A DNA stretch of 64,000 bases from Eledone cirrhosa (GCA_964016885.1 OZ024757.1:12648001-12712000), one strand, 5' to 3'. Positions 1-11,580 are shown, counted from the first letter of the stretch. Numbers and translations are program-made. The notes: generated by a model from the sequence alone, not told the origin.

Positions 1-406
1 ACTGTCATATCTATTCTTACTTTACAATTGTGTCTACTAAGAGTTCCATTACAATCTGTAGTAGTAAAACTACTATTTCACCAGAACATCTGCTATCAGT
101 CATTTATAGACAATATATATATTTTAGACCACATATCAACCTAATATATATATTTCCTATCAAATCTGTAGCTAAAGACATAAAGTCAACCTTACTACTT
201 CATTCTGACAAGATATCAATTTATGACTAAAGATGAAGAAGATACACCAACGTTAATGTCGTGAAATAAAGCTGATAACATCTTTGAAACTTCTAATTTG
301 ATAACAAAGAGATTATGTCTTTTGTTAGTAAAAACTAACAACACAACACAATGATTATATCTGAAGGAGGTAAGTTGACAAAGATTTACTTGAAGTCTAT
401 ATTAAT
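1..406. repeat. Dispersed copy of an AT-rich segment of the ZNF duplication unit
   Basis: Near-identical to ~39345-39753, ~49247-49655 and ~59275-59618 (e.g. GACTAAAGATGAAGAAGATACACCAACGTTAATG). Confidence 0.9.
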
Positions 407-427
407 GATAGCCACAAATACTAACTG

Positions 428-1411
428 CTATACTGTACATTAGATAATGTAGTCCTAGGTACACTATGTCTTATAGCCACTATACTGTACATTAGATAAT
501 GTAGTCCTAGGTACACTATGTCTGATAGCCACTATACTGTACATTAGATAATGTAGTCCTAGGTACACTATGTCTGATAGACACTATACTGTACATTAGA
601 TAATGTAGTCCTAGGTACACTATGTCTGATAGCTACTATACTGTACATTAGATAATGTAGTCCTAGATACACTATGTCTGATAGCCACTATACTGTACAT
701 TAGGTAATGTAGTCCTAGGTACACTATGTCTGATAGCCACATAACTGAACATTAGATAATATAGTCCTAGATACACTGTCTGATAGCCATTAATACTAAT
801 TTCTATACTGTACATAAGATAATGTAGTCCTAGATAAACTGTCTTATAGCCAGTAATACTAACTACTGTACTGTACATTAGATAATGTAGTCCTAGATAC
901 ACTATGGCTGATAGCCACTATACTGTTCATTAGATAATGTAGTCCTAGGTACACTATGTCTGATAGCCACTATACTGTACATTAGATAATGTAGTCCTAG
1001 GTACACTATGTCTGATAGCCACTATACTGTACACTAGATAATGTAGTCCTAGGTACACTATGTCTGATAGCCACTATACTGTACATTAGATAATGTAGTC
1101 CTAGGTACACTATGTCTGATAGACACTATACTGTACATTAGATAATGTAGTCCTAGATACACTATGTCTGATAGCCACTATACTGTACATTAGGTAATGT
1201 AGTCCTAGGTACACTATGTCTGATAGCCACTATACTGTACATTAGATAATATAGTCCTAGATACACTATGTCTGATAGCCATTAATACTAATTTCTATAC
1301 TGTACATAAGATAATGTAGTCCTAGATAAACTATGTCTTATAGCCACTAATACTAACTACTGTACTGTACATTATATAATGTAGTCCTAGATACAATATG
1401 TCTGATAGTCA
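428..1411. repeat. 52-bp tandem minisatellite, about 18 copies
   Basis: Unit TATACTGTACATTAGATAATGTAGTCCTAGGTACACTATGTCTGATAGCCAC starts at 481 and 533 and onward; some units carry short inserts. Confidence 0.97.
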
Positions 1412-1424
1412 CTAGTATATACGT

Positions 1425-1740
1425 AGTTCTCAGAGATTCAGCGAGATGTATGACATGGCTTCCCTTTGAAATACATGTAGAACCCATCTTATATTATAAT
1501 GTGTCTGAGTATTTTATTGATACGTATACCGTTGACATTGTTCTCAGGGAGATTCAGTGTGACAATTCTATGTAACAACGTCTTCACTATAATTACTGGT
1601 ACAACTTATTCTTTTTCCAGCTGGGTGAAATAAAACAATGAGAAATAAAGTGTCTTGTTCAAGGCCTCAGAGTACAGACCACCCGGTCTGGGATTCGAAC
1701 TCAGGAACTATATGTTCATGTACTGCGTGCTATCGCCGCC
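1425..1740 (-). mobile_element. Degenerate tRNA-derived SINE with a partial duplicate of its 3' part
   Basis: GGATTCGAACTC at ~1691-1702 is the reverse complement of a Pol III B box. GAAATAAAGTGTCTTGTTCAAGG core is shared with the other SINEs. GTTCTCAG..GATTCAG occurs twice (~1426, ~1540). Confidence 0.65.
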
Positions 1741-1968
1741 TAAACCCGGTTTCCTCCACATAAAATACACCGGAATGACTTAATCCAGATTAATTCACGA
1801 ACAAGAATTAAAATAAGTCGCTGAGAGTGATCTCCCTTGGCTGACTTTAACATCTTTTCTTCTTCCATTGGAAATTAATTTGTTTCATGTCCGACTGAAA
1901 GACTCTGGAGTTTTTACCTGTCTTGGGTTTAATTTATGAGGAATTTTTAGGTATTTATAACAATTATT

Positions 1969-2600
1969 GGCACTGTCATGGTATTAGCTGTCAGAAGTGA
2001 AAGTAGAAGAAGGGGACGTCTATCTGACGTCATTCGTCAACCTTCTCAATCGTTTATTTCCGTATCACTATTCCGTTTATTTATGTTTATGATTTTCTAA
2101 GAGATATGTTTACGATAAGATACACTTATTAAAAACAAAATATGGGTACGAAATAACCACGTAATTTTCGAGAGAAACGATAATATACAATCTTATTTAA
2201 CATGTGCATTAAAAACTACACTAGCTGTTACAATTGTAATTAACGTGTAAGAACTTAAATGAAAATATAAGTGGCCCTTAAAAGGGCCGGTGTTGAAACA
2301 ACTCATGGTTATCAAATTAGAAAACAAATTTAAGTTCAACACCGGCCCTTTTAAGGGCCACCTATATTTTCATTTAAGTTCTTACACGTTAATTACAATT
2401 GTAACAGCTAGTGTAGTTTTTAATGCACATGTTAAATAAGATTGTATATTATCGTTTCTCTCGAAAATTACGGGGTTATTTGGTACCCATAAATAAAATC
2501 ATAAACGTAAATAAACGGAATAGTGATACGGAAATAAAGGATTGAGAAGGTTGACGAATGACGTCACCTTCTTTCTGACAGCTAATACCACGACAGTGCC
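1969..2600. mobile_element. Palindromic non-autonomous DNA transposon (MITE), Merlin-like
   Basis: Arms 1969-2297 and 2335-2600 are inverted repeats (GGCACTGTCATGGTATTAGCTGTCAGAA ... TTCTGACAGCTAATACCACGACAGTGCC). Spacer is 37 bp. 8-bp direct repeat CAATTATT at 1961-1968 and 2601-2608. GG...CC termini. Confidence 0.85.
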
Positions 2601-2891
2601 CAATTATTAATTATTTCATTACTGAGATATCATTGGAAGGATTTACCAAAGTTTTTAATTATTAATTATTTTATTAGTAACTTAACAGTTGGAAGATTTT
2701 AGGAAGAAGCTATGTAGCCGGTGCCGGTAAAATAGACTCCCAGGCTATGTAGCTGGTAAGAGTGTCAGACACCACGTGTTGCGGCCCTTTATGGTCTGAG
2801 TTAAGACAATTTAAAATCTTTTCCACCATCAATTGTTAAAAAACAAGTTAAAATCATTTAGTCGTCCATTCGTAAAGTACGTTACACTTTA

Positions 2892-3336
2892 GTTACATAT
2901 ACATCTACTATGTTACATACACACACATCTACTGTGTTATATATACACACATCTACTGTGTTACATACACGCACATCTACTGTGTTACATACACACACAT
3001 CTACTGTATTATATATACACACACATCTAGTGTGTTACATACACATACATCTACTGTGTTACACACACACACATCTACTGAGTTACATACACACATCTAT
3101 TGAGTTACATACACACACATCTACTGAGGTACATACACACACATCTACTTGGTTACATACACACACACATCTACTTGGTTACATACACACACACACATCT
3201 ACTGTGTTACATACACACACATCTACTGCGTTACACACACACACATCTATTGGGTTACACACACACACACATCTACTCATACATATTCATTCAACAGACA
3301 CAATACAAAATAATTATTACATACATACACATCTAT
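2892..3336. repeat. 22-26 bp minisatellite GTTACATA(CA)nTCTACTGT
   Basis: Unit repeated in tandem with a variable CA run; it produces the spurious His/Thr-rich ORFs. Confidence 0.95.
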
Positions 3337-4141
3337 GTAATGATTGAGAAAGGAAGGGGCTGGTGAAACGCTAGAGCGATGTGTTGCGTACCTTTCAGAT
3401 TTACCGGCTTCGTAGCCTATTCGAAGATTTTATTATAATTATGAACCTCGTACTTCAATTAATTATGAATAATTTTGAGCTATTTATCACAATTGTTAGT
3501 TAATTACTAACATAGTAACTTAACATATGGTTGTTATATAGAATTGCGTTGGAAGACTTTAATTTAGATAGGAACCATTTCCATAGAACGAGAACCAATT
3601 TTGGCTGGGTTTCCACCAGAAGGGTTAATGAAAAATTTTAAACAATTTACTAAAAATTTTAATTATTTCATTACTATGATAATGTGTGAATACACAATTA
3701 TATATGTGTGTGTATATATATATAAACAGTATATATATACTATACAAAAGATGTAGTGGGATAATGAGTTGTCTTAAGACAAGTCTGTCAAGATAGCTGC
3801 GCTGTAACTTACACTTATTGGGACTGTGTGTTGGGATCTAGCTGGTCCATTATGAGGGAGGTCTGGTTAGTTGGCAGCACCATGCCTTACTTGTGGTATA
3901 TGTATAGAAATAAGTTATTGTATATGTATAACTGTCCATCTATATGTATATACATGTACGTTTAAGTATGTGTTTACATACATATATACATTTTCAGATG
4001 TATGCATGTAAGAGTATATATATCTTTATATATATAAATATATAAACATACATATGAGTGTATATACATATATATATAAATATATAAACATACATATGAG
4101 TGTATATATATATATAAACATACGTATGAGTGTATATATAT

Positions 4142-4492
4142 ATCATCATCATCATCATCATCGTCATCACTTTACGTCCGCTTTTTCCCTGCTTGCAAAG
4201 GTGAGAGGGGAACTGATTCTGGCTTGATATCTGCAGCTGGATGCCCTTCCTAACACCAACCTCATTTACAGTGAGTGCTGGGTGATTTTTTGCCATGGCA
4301 CCTCCACGACCACTTTACAGTGGAATGATAGGCACCCCAGTTCCTATCATCTCATTTCTACAGTTGAGTAAACTGGAGCGATGTGAAATAAAGTGTCTTG
4401 CTCAAGGAAACAACTAATCACCTGGTTTGAGAATTGAACTCACAACCTTTCGATTGCAAGGTCAATGCTCTAACCACTAAGCCATGTGCCTC
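4142..4492 (-). mobile_element. SINE family 1 (tRNA head, central domain, RTE-type tail), full length
   Basis: Minus strand reads GAGGCACATGGCTTAGTGGTTAGAGC (A box) ... GTGAGTTCAATTC (B box) ... CCTTGAGCAAGACACTTTATTTCAC ... GTTAGGAAGGGCATCCAGC ... GCAAGCAGGGAAAAAGCGGACGTAAA then (GAT)n. Confidence 0.9.
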
Positions 4493-4494
4493 TA

Positions 4495-4673
<179 letters not shown>

Positions 4674-6222
4674 TATACAATCTATGTATAATGAAACAGT
4701 CAGTAAAGTTAGAATTAAAAATGAATATTGTGAAGAATTTAGTGTAAAAGTTGGTGTTCACCAAGGCTCTGTCCTTAGCCCCCTCCTATTTATTATTGCC
4801 CTTCATGCTATAACAGAGGAGTTCAAGACGGGCTGCCCATGGGAACTCTTATATGCAGATGATCTAACGCTCATAGCTGAATCAATGGCTGAACTAGAGA
4901 AGAAATTCCAAACATGGAAGCATGGTCTAGAATCAAAAGGCCTTAAAGTTAACTTGTCTAAGACTAAAGTCTTAGATTGTAGAAAGGAAAATGAGGCACA
5001 GGTAACCTCAGGGAAATGGCCATGCTCAGTGTGTAGGAAAGGAGAGGGCAGAAATTCAATTTTATGTCCCAAATGCAAAGTATGAGTACATAAAAGATGT
5101 AGTAGGATCACAGCTAAACTATCTAAGAACGTAGACTTTATATGTGGCCGATGCTCAGGTGACATAGGTAGCAAGTGTCCACAGGATACTAGCCCCTTCT
5201 ATTGCTCAGATGGTTCCTTAGAAATAGTAGACACTTTCCGTTACCTGGGCGACGAAATCAGCAGTGGGGGAGGGTACTCTGAAAGTACAGTAGCCAGAGT
5301 CAGAACGGGATGGAAAAAGTTCAGAGAGCTTATACCACTATTGGCCACAAAAGGGTTCTCTCTAAAAATGAAAGGGAGATTGTATGATGCATGTATACGA
5401 ATAGCAATGCTACATGGCAGTGAGATATGGGCATTGCGTGCAGAGAACCTGCGTAGACTGGAAAGCAACGAAGCATGCATGCTCCGTTGGATGTGTAATT
5501 GTAATATACGTGAACGGCAAAGCATAAACGAACTAAGGGAGAAATTAGGGATAAAAGGGATCAGATGCTATTTACTTGAGAGAAGACTACGTTGGTATGG
5601 TCACGTCATGCGCATGAGAGATGATAGCTGTATAAAAAAGTGCAGGGCAATAAAAATTGATGGTAGTTACAGAGTAGGTAGACCCAGAAAAACCTGGGAC
5701 GATTTGATAAATTCCGACCTCACACACTTGCAGCTCTCTAAGACAATGTCACTGGACCAAGATCTTTGGCGCTACCCAGTAATACAGAAGACCTGCCTTG
5801 CCTATGTACAAAGGGAAACCTACAGTTAGTAGCCTCCTCTTAACCAAATATACACCCCAATCCACTACCACTACCCTATCCTCCCACTCCCACCAACACC
5901 ACCCTCTCTCTATAAAGTTGGTACCACAACATCCAGTCCAAATAAATGAGATAATGAGATCGAGATCGTGTAGGTGTCACGACAAAACACACAGTCCACG
6001 CTGCAATGTGGCCGTGTAGATAACACGGTAAAAAGTTCCGAGTTCCACACTGTAAATGTGGTTGGTGTTAGGAAGGGCATCCAGCCGTAGAAAATCTGCC
6101 AGATAGTTCTATATGAGCGAGACACGGTCACCCGACCAACCTTACCTCAAGTGGGACAACTCCTGTCTAACCCATGCTAGCGTGGAAAATGGACGTTAAA
6201 CGAAGAAGATGATGATGATGAT
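4674..6222 (+). mobile_element. RTE LINE family 1, 5'-truncated copy A (RT C-terminal half, PHD, 3' UTR)
   Basis: GVHQGSVLSPLLF, LLYADD, FRYLG, GRPRKTW motifs. A single TGG>TGA stop at 5083 splits two in-frame ORFs. (GAT)n tail. Confidence 0.95.
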
Positions 6223-6224
6223 TA

Positions 6225-6432
6225 TATATAACATATCTGTAATGTTATTTATATATATATATAAAACATATCTGTAATGTTATTTATATATATATATACA
6301 ACATATGTGTAATGTTATTTATATATATATAAAACATATCTGTAATGTTATTTATATATATATATATAAAACATATTTCTAATGTTATTTATATATATAT
6401 ATATATAAAACATATCTGTAATGTTATTTATA
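6225..6432. repeat. Minisatellite AACATATCTGTAATGTTATTT(AT)n, the reverse orientation of the 8.8-10.8 kb array
   Basis: Six units; reverse complement of AAATAACATTACAGATATGTT. Confidence 0.9.
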
Positions 6433-7465
6433 TAGCTAGAGTCAGAACGGGATGGAAAAAGTTCAGAGAGCTTATACCACTATTGGCCGCTAAAGGGTTC
6501 TCTCTAAAAATGAAAGGCAGGCTATATGATGCCTGCATACGAACAACAATGTTGCATGGCAGTGAGACCTGGGCTTTGTGTGCAGAGGATATACGCAGAC
6601 TGGAGAGAAACGAAGCTTGCATGCTCCGCTGGATGTGTAATAGTAATATACATTAACGGCAAAGCATAAACGAACTAAGGGAGAAATTAGGAATAAGAGG
6701 GATCAGATGTTGTGTACTCGAGAGAAGACTACATTGGTATGGTCACGTGATGTCCATGAAAGACGACAGCTGTATAAAAAAGTGCAGGGCGATAAAAATA
6801 GATGGTAGCCACGGAGTAGGCAGACCCAGAAAACCCTGGGACGACTTGATAAATTCCAACCTCACACACTTACACCTCTCCAAGACAATGTCATTGGACC
6901 GAGAGCTTTGGCGCTACACAGTCATACAGAAGAACCGCCTTGCCTATGTACAAAGCGAAACCTACTACAGTCAGTAGACACCTCTAACAAAATACACCCC
7001 CGTCCCACTACCCCCACCCCATCCACACCACCCCTAAAATGTGAAATTATGTTGGTACCACAACATCCAATCCGAAACAAATGAGGTCCTGTAGGTGTCA
7101 CGACAAAAAAAAACACAGTCCACATGTGGCCGTGTAGGTAACACGGTAAAAACCTCCCAGTTCCCACTGTAAACGTGGTTGGTGTTGGGAAGGGCACCCA
7201 ACCGTAGAAAACCCGCCAGACGTGTAGGTGTCACGACAAAAAAAAACACACAGTCCACGCTGTAATGTGGCCGTGTAGGTAACACGGTAAAAACCTCCCA
7301 GTTCACACTGTAAACGTGGTTCGTGTTAGGAAGGGCATCCAGCCGTAGAAAACCCGCCAGACAGTCCTATACGAGCAGGACAACAAATCTTGCCTCAAGT
7401 GGGAAAACTGCCGTCCAAACCCATGCAAGCGTGGAAGATGGACGTTAAACGATGATGATGATGAT
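6433..7465 (+). mobile_element. RTE LINE family 1, 3' fragment B, with a ~130-bp duplication in the 3' UTR
   Basis: ARVRTGWKKFREL...GRPRKPW; GTAGGTGTCACGACAAAA block at ~7091 and ~7224; (GAT)n tail. Confidence 0.93.
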
Positions 7466-7994
7466 ATGTGTATGTATATGTATATATATGTGTATATATT
7501 TGTATATGTGTATGTGTGTATGTACCATTATGTATGTTTGTTGTGTGTGTGCGTGCATGTATGTGTGTGTACGTGGGCGAGTGTGTGAATGTGTTTGTCA
7601 ACACCTGGAATATATATTAAAAGAAAATTCACAATAGGGGGAATCACCCCAACACTTGAATCTGTTGATGGAACCCTTTTTGCCTTTGTCCAGCCTTAAA
7701 GAATTAGCTTCTAAAGAATTTCCCTTTTCTTTAAACCATTGAACACCACCCATCCTGTAGACACCTGTCTTACAGCCATTGTTAGTCTAAGTGATAAACT
7801 AGGATTGGTATTCCAAACATGATTTTGTTTACAGTATTCTTCCTGCCTTTGTTATTATTATAGCTTTAAAGAATTAGCTTTTAATGAACTCCCTTTTCGT
7901 TAAATCCTTCAACCAATGACCTCCACCCATCCCAAACCCCACCCTCTCCTACCACCAGAAAAGAAAATATATAAATACAACTACCTGGACAGGC

Positions 7995-8045
7995 AGCTCC
8001 CTGATGATTTCTCACGAATGAAACAGTTCTAGTCCTGTAGAAGCT
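7995..8045 (+). ncRNA. Minimal type I hammerhead ribozyme motif, probably in a Penelope-like element remnant
   Basis: AGCTCC-CTGATGA-TTTC tcac GAAT-GAAAC AG ttctagtc CT GTA/GAAGCT. Core boxes are intact; stem III is ACAG/CTGT; stem I has 5 of 6 pairs. Confidence 0.65.
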
Positions 8046-8210
8046 CTTCTATATTAAAACGTTTATACTCTGCTATGTATTGAGTACCTTACTTACTGTA
8101 GTTACCTCCGATTCAACCAGAAATAACTTATATATATATATATATATATATATAATCCTAATCGTAAAGTGCTTTACTATATATATATATCTATTTTATT
8201 TATCACTCTT

Positions 8211-8246
8211 TCTTCCGATAAAGGACTAGCGTCCAAAACGTCAAGA
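8211..8246 (+). ncRNA. Degenerate minimal hammerhead motif (second Penelope-like remnant)
   Basis: TCTT-CCGATAA-A-GGAC tagc GTCC-AAAAC-GTC/AAGA. Stems I and II are intact, but there are three core substitutions versus CTGATGA/GAAAC. Confidence 0.45.
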
Positions 8247-8650
8247 CCCTCTTCCTGCTATATCAAGCGTTAACCTAATATATACCTTCCATATACTGTA
8301 CCGATTGTGTTGTTATTTCCGTTTACCTTTTACATACACATATATATATATATATATATATAGTAAAGCACTTTACGATTTGTATTCTTTATGCTTTTCT
8401 CAGTAAGGTATCAATCGAAGTGTCAGTGTAATAAATAAGAGAGACAGTTTTATTTGTACATCTTCATTTTATTACATAATTCCATTATCCATATACATAC
8501 ATGCATACATAAATATATGTGTGTGTGTGTGAGAGAGAGAACAAGAGAGGGAGTGTGTGTGTTCTTCATTCTGTACTTTGCTGGGCATTGGCTTCTATTT
8601 CTACCATGCATATACCTGTCCTTCATTCTTCTCTCGTTCTCTGGGACTCT

Positions 8651-8696
<46 letters not shown>

Positions 8697-8851
8697 CTGT
8701 GGCACTTGTATTTACAATTATATAAATAAGTATCTAATTATTTAAAGATAGAAAAACGTTTGTGGCATTACTACACCTTTAAGTTTAAATTTCAATTAAA
8801 TAACATTACAAATATGTTTTATATATATATATAAATAACATTACAGATACG

Positions 8852-8897
<46 letters not shown>

Positions 8898-9124
8898 CAT
8901 TACAGATATGTTTTATACATATATATATAAATAAATAACATTAGAGATATGTTTTATATATATATATATAAATAACATTACAGATATATTTTATATATAT
9001 ATAAATAACATTACAGATATGTTTTATACATATATATATAAATAAATAACATTACAGATATGTTATATATATATATATATATATAAATAACATTACAGAT
9101 ATGTTTCATATATATATATATATA

Positions 9125-9818
9125 TCTTGACGTTATAGTCGCATATATGTTATAGCTTCTCGCTAAAACAATCTCTATACCTCTCATTTATACTTATACA
9201 CGGATTCTTTTCCTAGAGTGCTTAAACTATCTGTGACTAATCCCGGTTTTTTTAATAAAAACTGTGATAATTATTGCTATTTGCTGAACTCCTTTTGTAG
9301 AGTTTTTTTCAGAATGTATTTGACTGCTATTTCTTGTAAATAAACATTCACTTTCATCCTGACGTCACTAGCCCCGTTTTCCCTCATGTGCGTTTTCATA
9401 ATCACGCATGATGGCGAACTAGCCAGTTTTAGAATTCCCATTTCGGATTATAATACTGTGGTAGCCCTGGTTTCTGTTGAGCTCTGCTGACGATTGAAAT
9501 CTAACCGTGACCATCTCCACTGAAAGTTTTCATGAAATAGTCTTTTAAGACTATACAGAGCATTTGATGTTATTCCAAATTGAAGGATAAGTGTTTTAAA
9601 CTTTATTTTATCATGAGTTAAAGGTCTATTGAATATTTCCCTCGATTTCACTAAATTCTGTGGATGAATTTGTATCCTGATTCTCTTTTGAGATGAGTTT
9701 GAATTATTTTTCATAAATCTTACGTTAACTACTTTTCCCATCTTGACGTTATAGTCGCATATATGTTATAGAATACTATTAGCTTCTCACTAAAACAATC
9801 TCTATACCTCTCATTTAT
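9125..9818. mobile_element. Unclassified insertion bounded by ~65-75 bp direct repeats
   Basis: TCTTGACGTTATAGTCGCATATATGTTATAG...CTAAAACAATCTCTATACCTCTCATTTA at ~9125-9190 and ~9741-9818. Confidence 0.5.
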
Positions 9819-9821
9819 ATA

Positions 9822-9895
<74 letters not shown>

Positions 9896-10072
9896 AATAC
9901 TATTATAGATATGTTTTATATATATATATAAATAAATAACATTACAAATATGTTTTATATATATATATATAAATAACATTATAGATATGTTATATATATA
10001 TATATATAAATAACATTACAGATATGTTGTATATATATATATATATATATATAAATAACATTACAGATATGT

Positions 10073-10104
<32 letters not shown>

Positions 10105-10264
10105 CAGATATGTTTTATATATATATATATAAATAACATTACAGATATGTTGTATATATATATATATATATAAATAACATTACAGATATGTTATATATAT
10201 ATATATAAATAACAATACAGATATGTTATATATATATATATATATAAATAACATTACAGATATG

Positions 10265-10300
<36 letters not shown>

Positions 10301-10391
10301 CATTACAGATATGTTGTATATATATGTATATAAATAACATTACAGATATGTTTTATATATATATATATAAATAACATTAGAGATATGTTAT

Positions 10392-10698
10392 ATCATCATC
10401 ATTTCATCATTTCATTTTACATCCACTTTTTCCTGCTTGATTTCTACAGCTGGATGCCCTTCCTAACACCAACCTCATTTACAGTGAGTGCTGGGTGCTT
10501 TTTTGCCGTGGCACCTCCACGACCACTTTGCAGTGGAATGATAGGGACCCCAGTCCCTATCATCTCATTTCTACAGCTGAGTAAACTGGAGCAATGTGAA
10601 ATAAAGTGTCTTGCTCAAGGAAACAACACATCACCCGGTCTGAGAATTGAACTCACAACCTTTCGATTGCAAGGCCAATGCTCTAACAACTAAGCCAC
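10392..10698 (-). mobile_element. SINE family 1 with a small 3' deletion
   Basis: Aligns to 4142-4492 including A/B boxes; inserted in the minisatellite. Confidence 0.9.
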
Positions 10699-10810
10699 CA
10701 TTACAGATATGTTGTATATATATACATAAATAACATTACAAATATGTGTTATATATATATATACATAAATAACATTAATGTTATTTATGTATATATATAA
10801 AACATATCTG

Positions 10811-11580
10811 TCCTTTTAAGCACAACATCTCCCCACTCGCTTGTTCCTTCGTTATCTCCACTGTGAGTCTCAGCAATTTGAGATCAGCTCTCACTACATC
10901 TACCCTGGTCTCCCTCTAGTATGTCTTCCCTCTTCTGGTATTCCGTGGCACTTCTTTAACCAGTGATCACCATCCATGTATATCACATATCCCTACCAAA
11001 ACAGTCTTCTCTCTTGCACACCACTTCGGTTTCCTCTGAAGTCCAAATTCTTCCTCATTTTATCCCAGTTCTGACTTCCTCTCACATTTACGTTGCACAT
11101 CCAACGAAGCATCGTTGCTCCATTTCTCTCCACCTAGATAGCGGAAGCTATCATTGTGTACAGTTTATGCCTACTCCTTTCCTACATATGCAGTAGGCTC
11201 ACTTATTCTCTAGTTCTTTTATGGAGTCAGCTATAAGGACCATATCATTCACATAGACTGTTTCCCGTGAACAGCCAGTCTTAAACCCATTGGTTATGGC
11301 CTGGAGAACTATGATGAACAGCAGTGGGTTGTGAACTGAACCATGATGAACACCTACCTGTACATTGAATTCCTCACTAAACTCCCTTCCTACTCTCACT
11401 TTACTGACAGCTCCTCTGTACATGGCTTGCACTGCTCTCACAAGCCATTCTCCACCTACATTTCTGAAGGACCAGCAGATAACAGAGTAAGGTACTCTGT
11501 CAAAGGCCTTTTCTAGATCTACAAAAGCTAAATAAAGCAATTTAATCTTGGCTAAGAACTTGTCTTGTAGTTGTGTCAGT
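10811..11580 (-). mobile_element. Degraded RTE LINE fragment (older subfamily)
   Basis: Minus-strand LAFVDLEKAFDRVP and QVGVHHGSV motifs; paralogous to 13985-14790, 40005-40915, 49907-50817. Confidence 0.85.

Larger units (their letters stand above)
8798..10811. repeat. Compound minisatellite AAATAACATTACAGATATGTT+(TA)n, interrupted by two insertions
   Basis: The 21-bp core recurs over 8798-9125, 9870-10390 and 10700-10776. Confidence 0.95.

Noticed and set aside
428-1411. CRISPR-like regular repeat with internal palindrome
   Set aside because: Units are contiguous with no unique spacers, there are no cas genes, and the context is eukaryotic.
2910-3366. His/Thr-rich ORFs
   Set aside because: Translations of the CA-containing minisatellite.
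4415-4492. tRNA gene (A and B boxes, minus strand)
   Set aside because: It continues into a SINE body and tail, recurs with the same body many times, and no full cloverleaf is evident.
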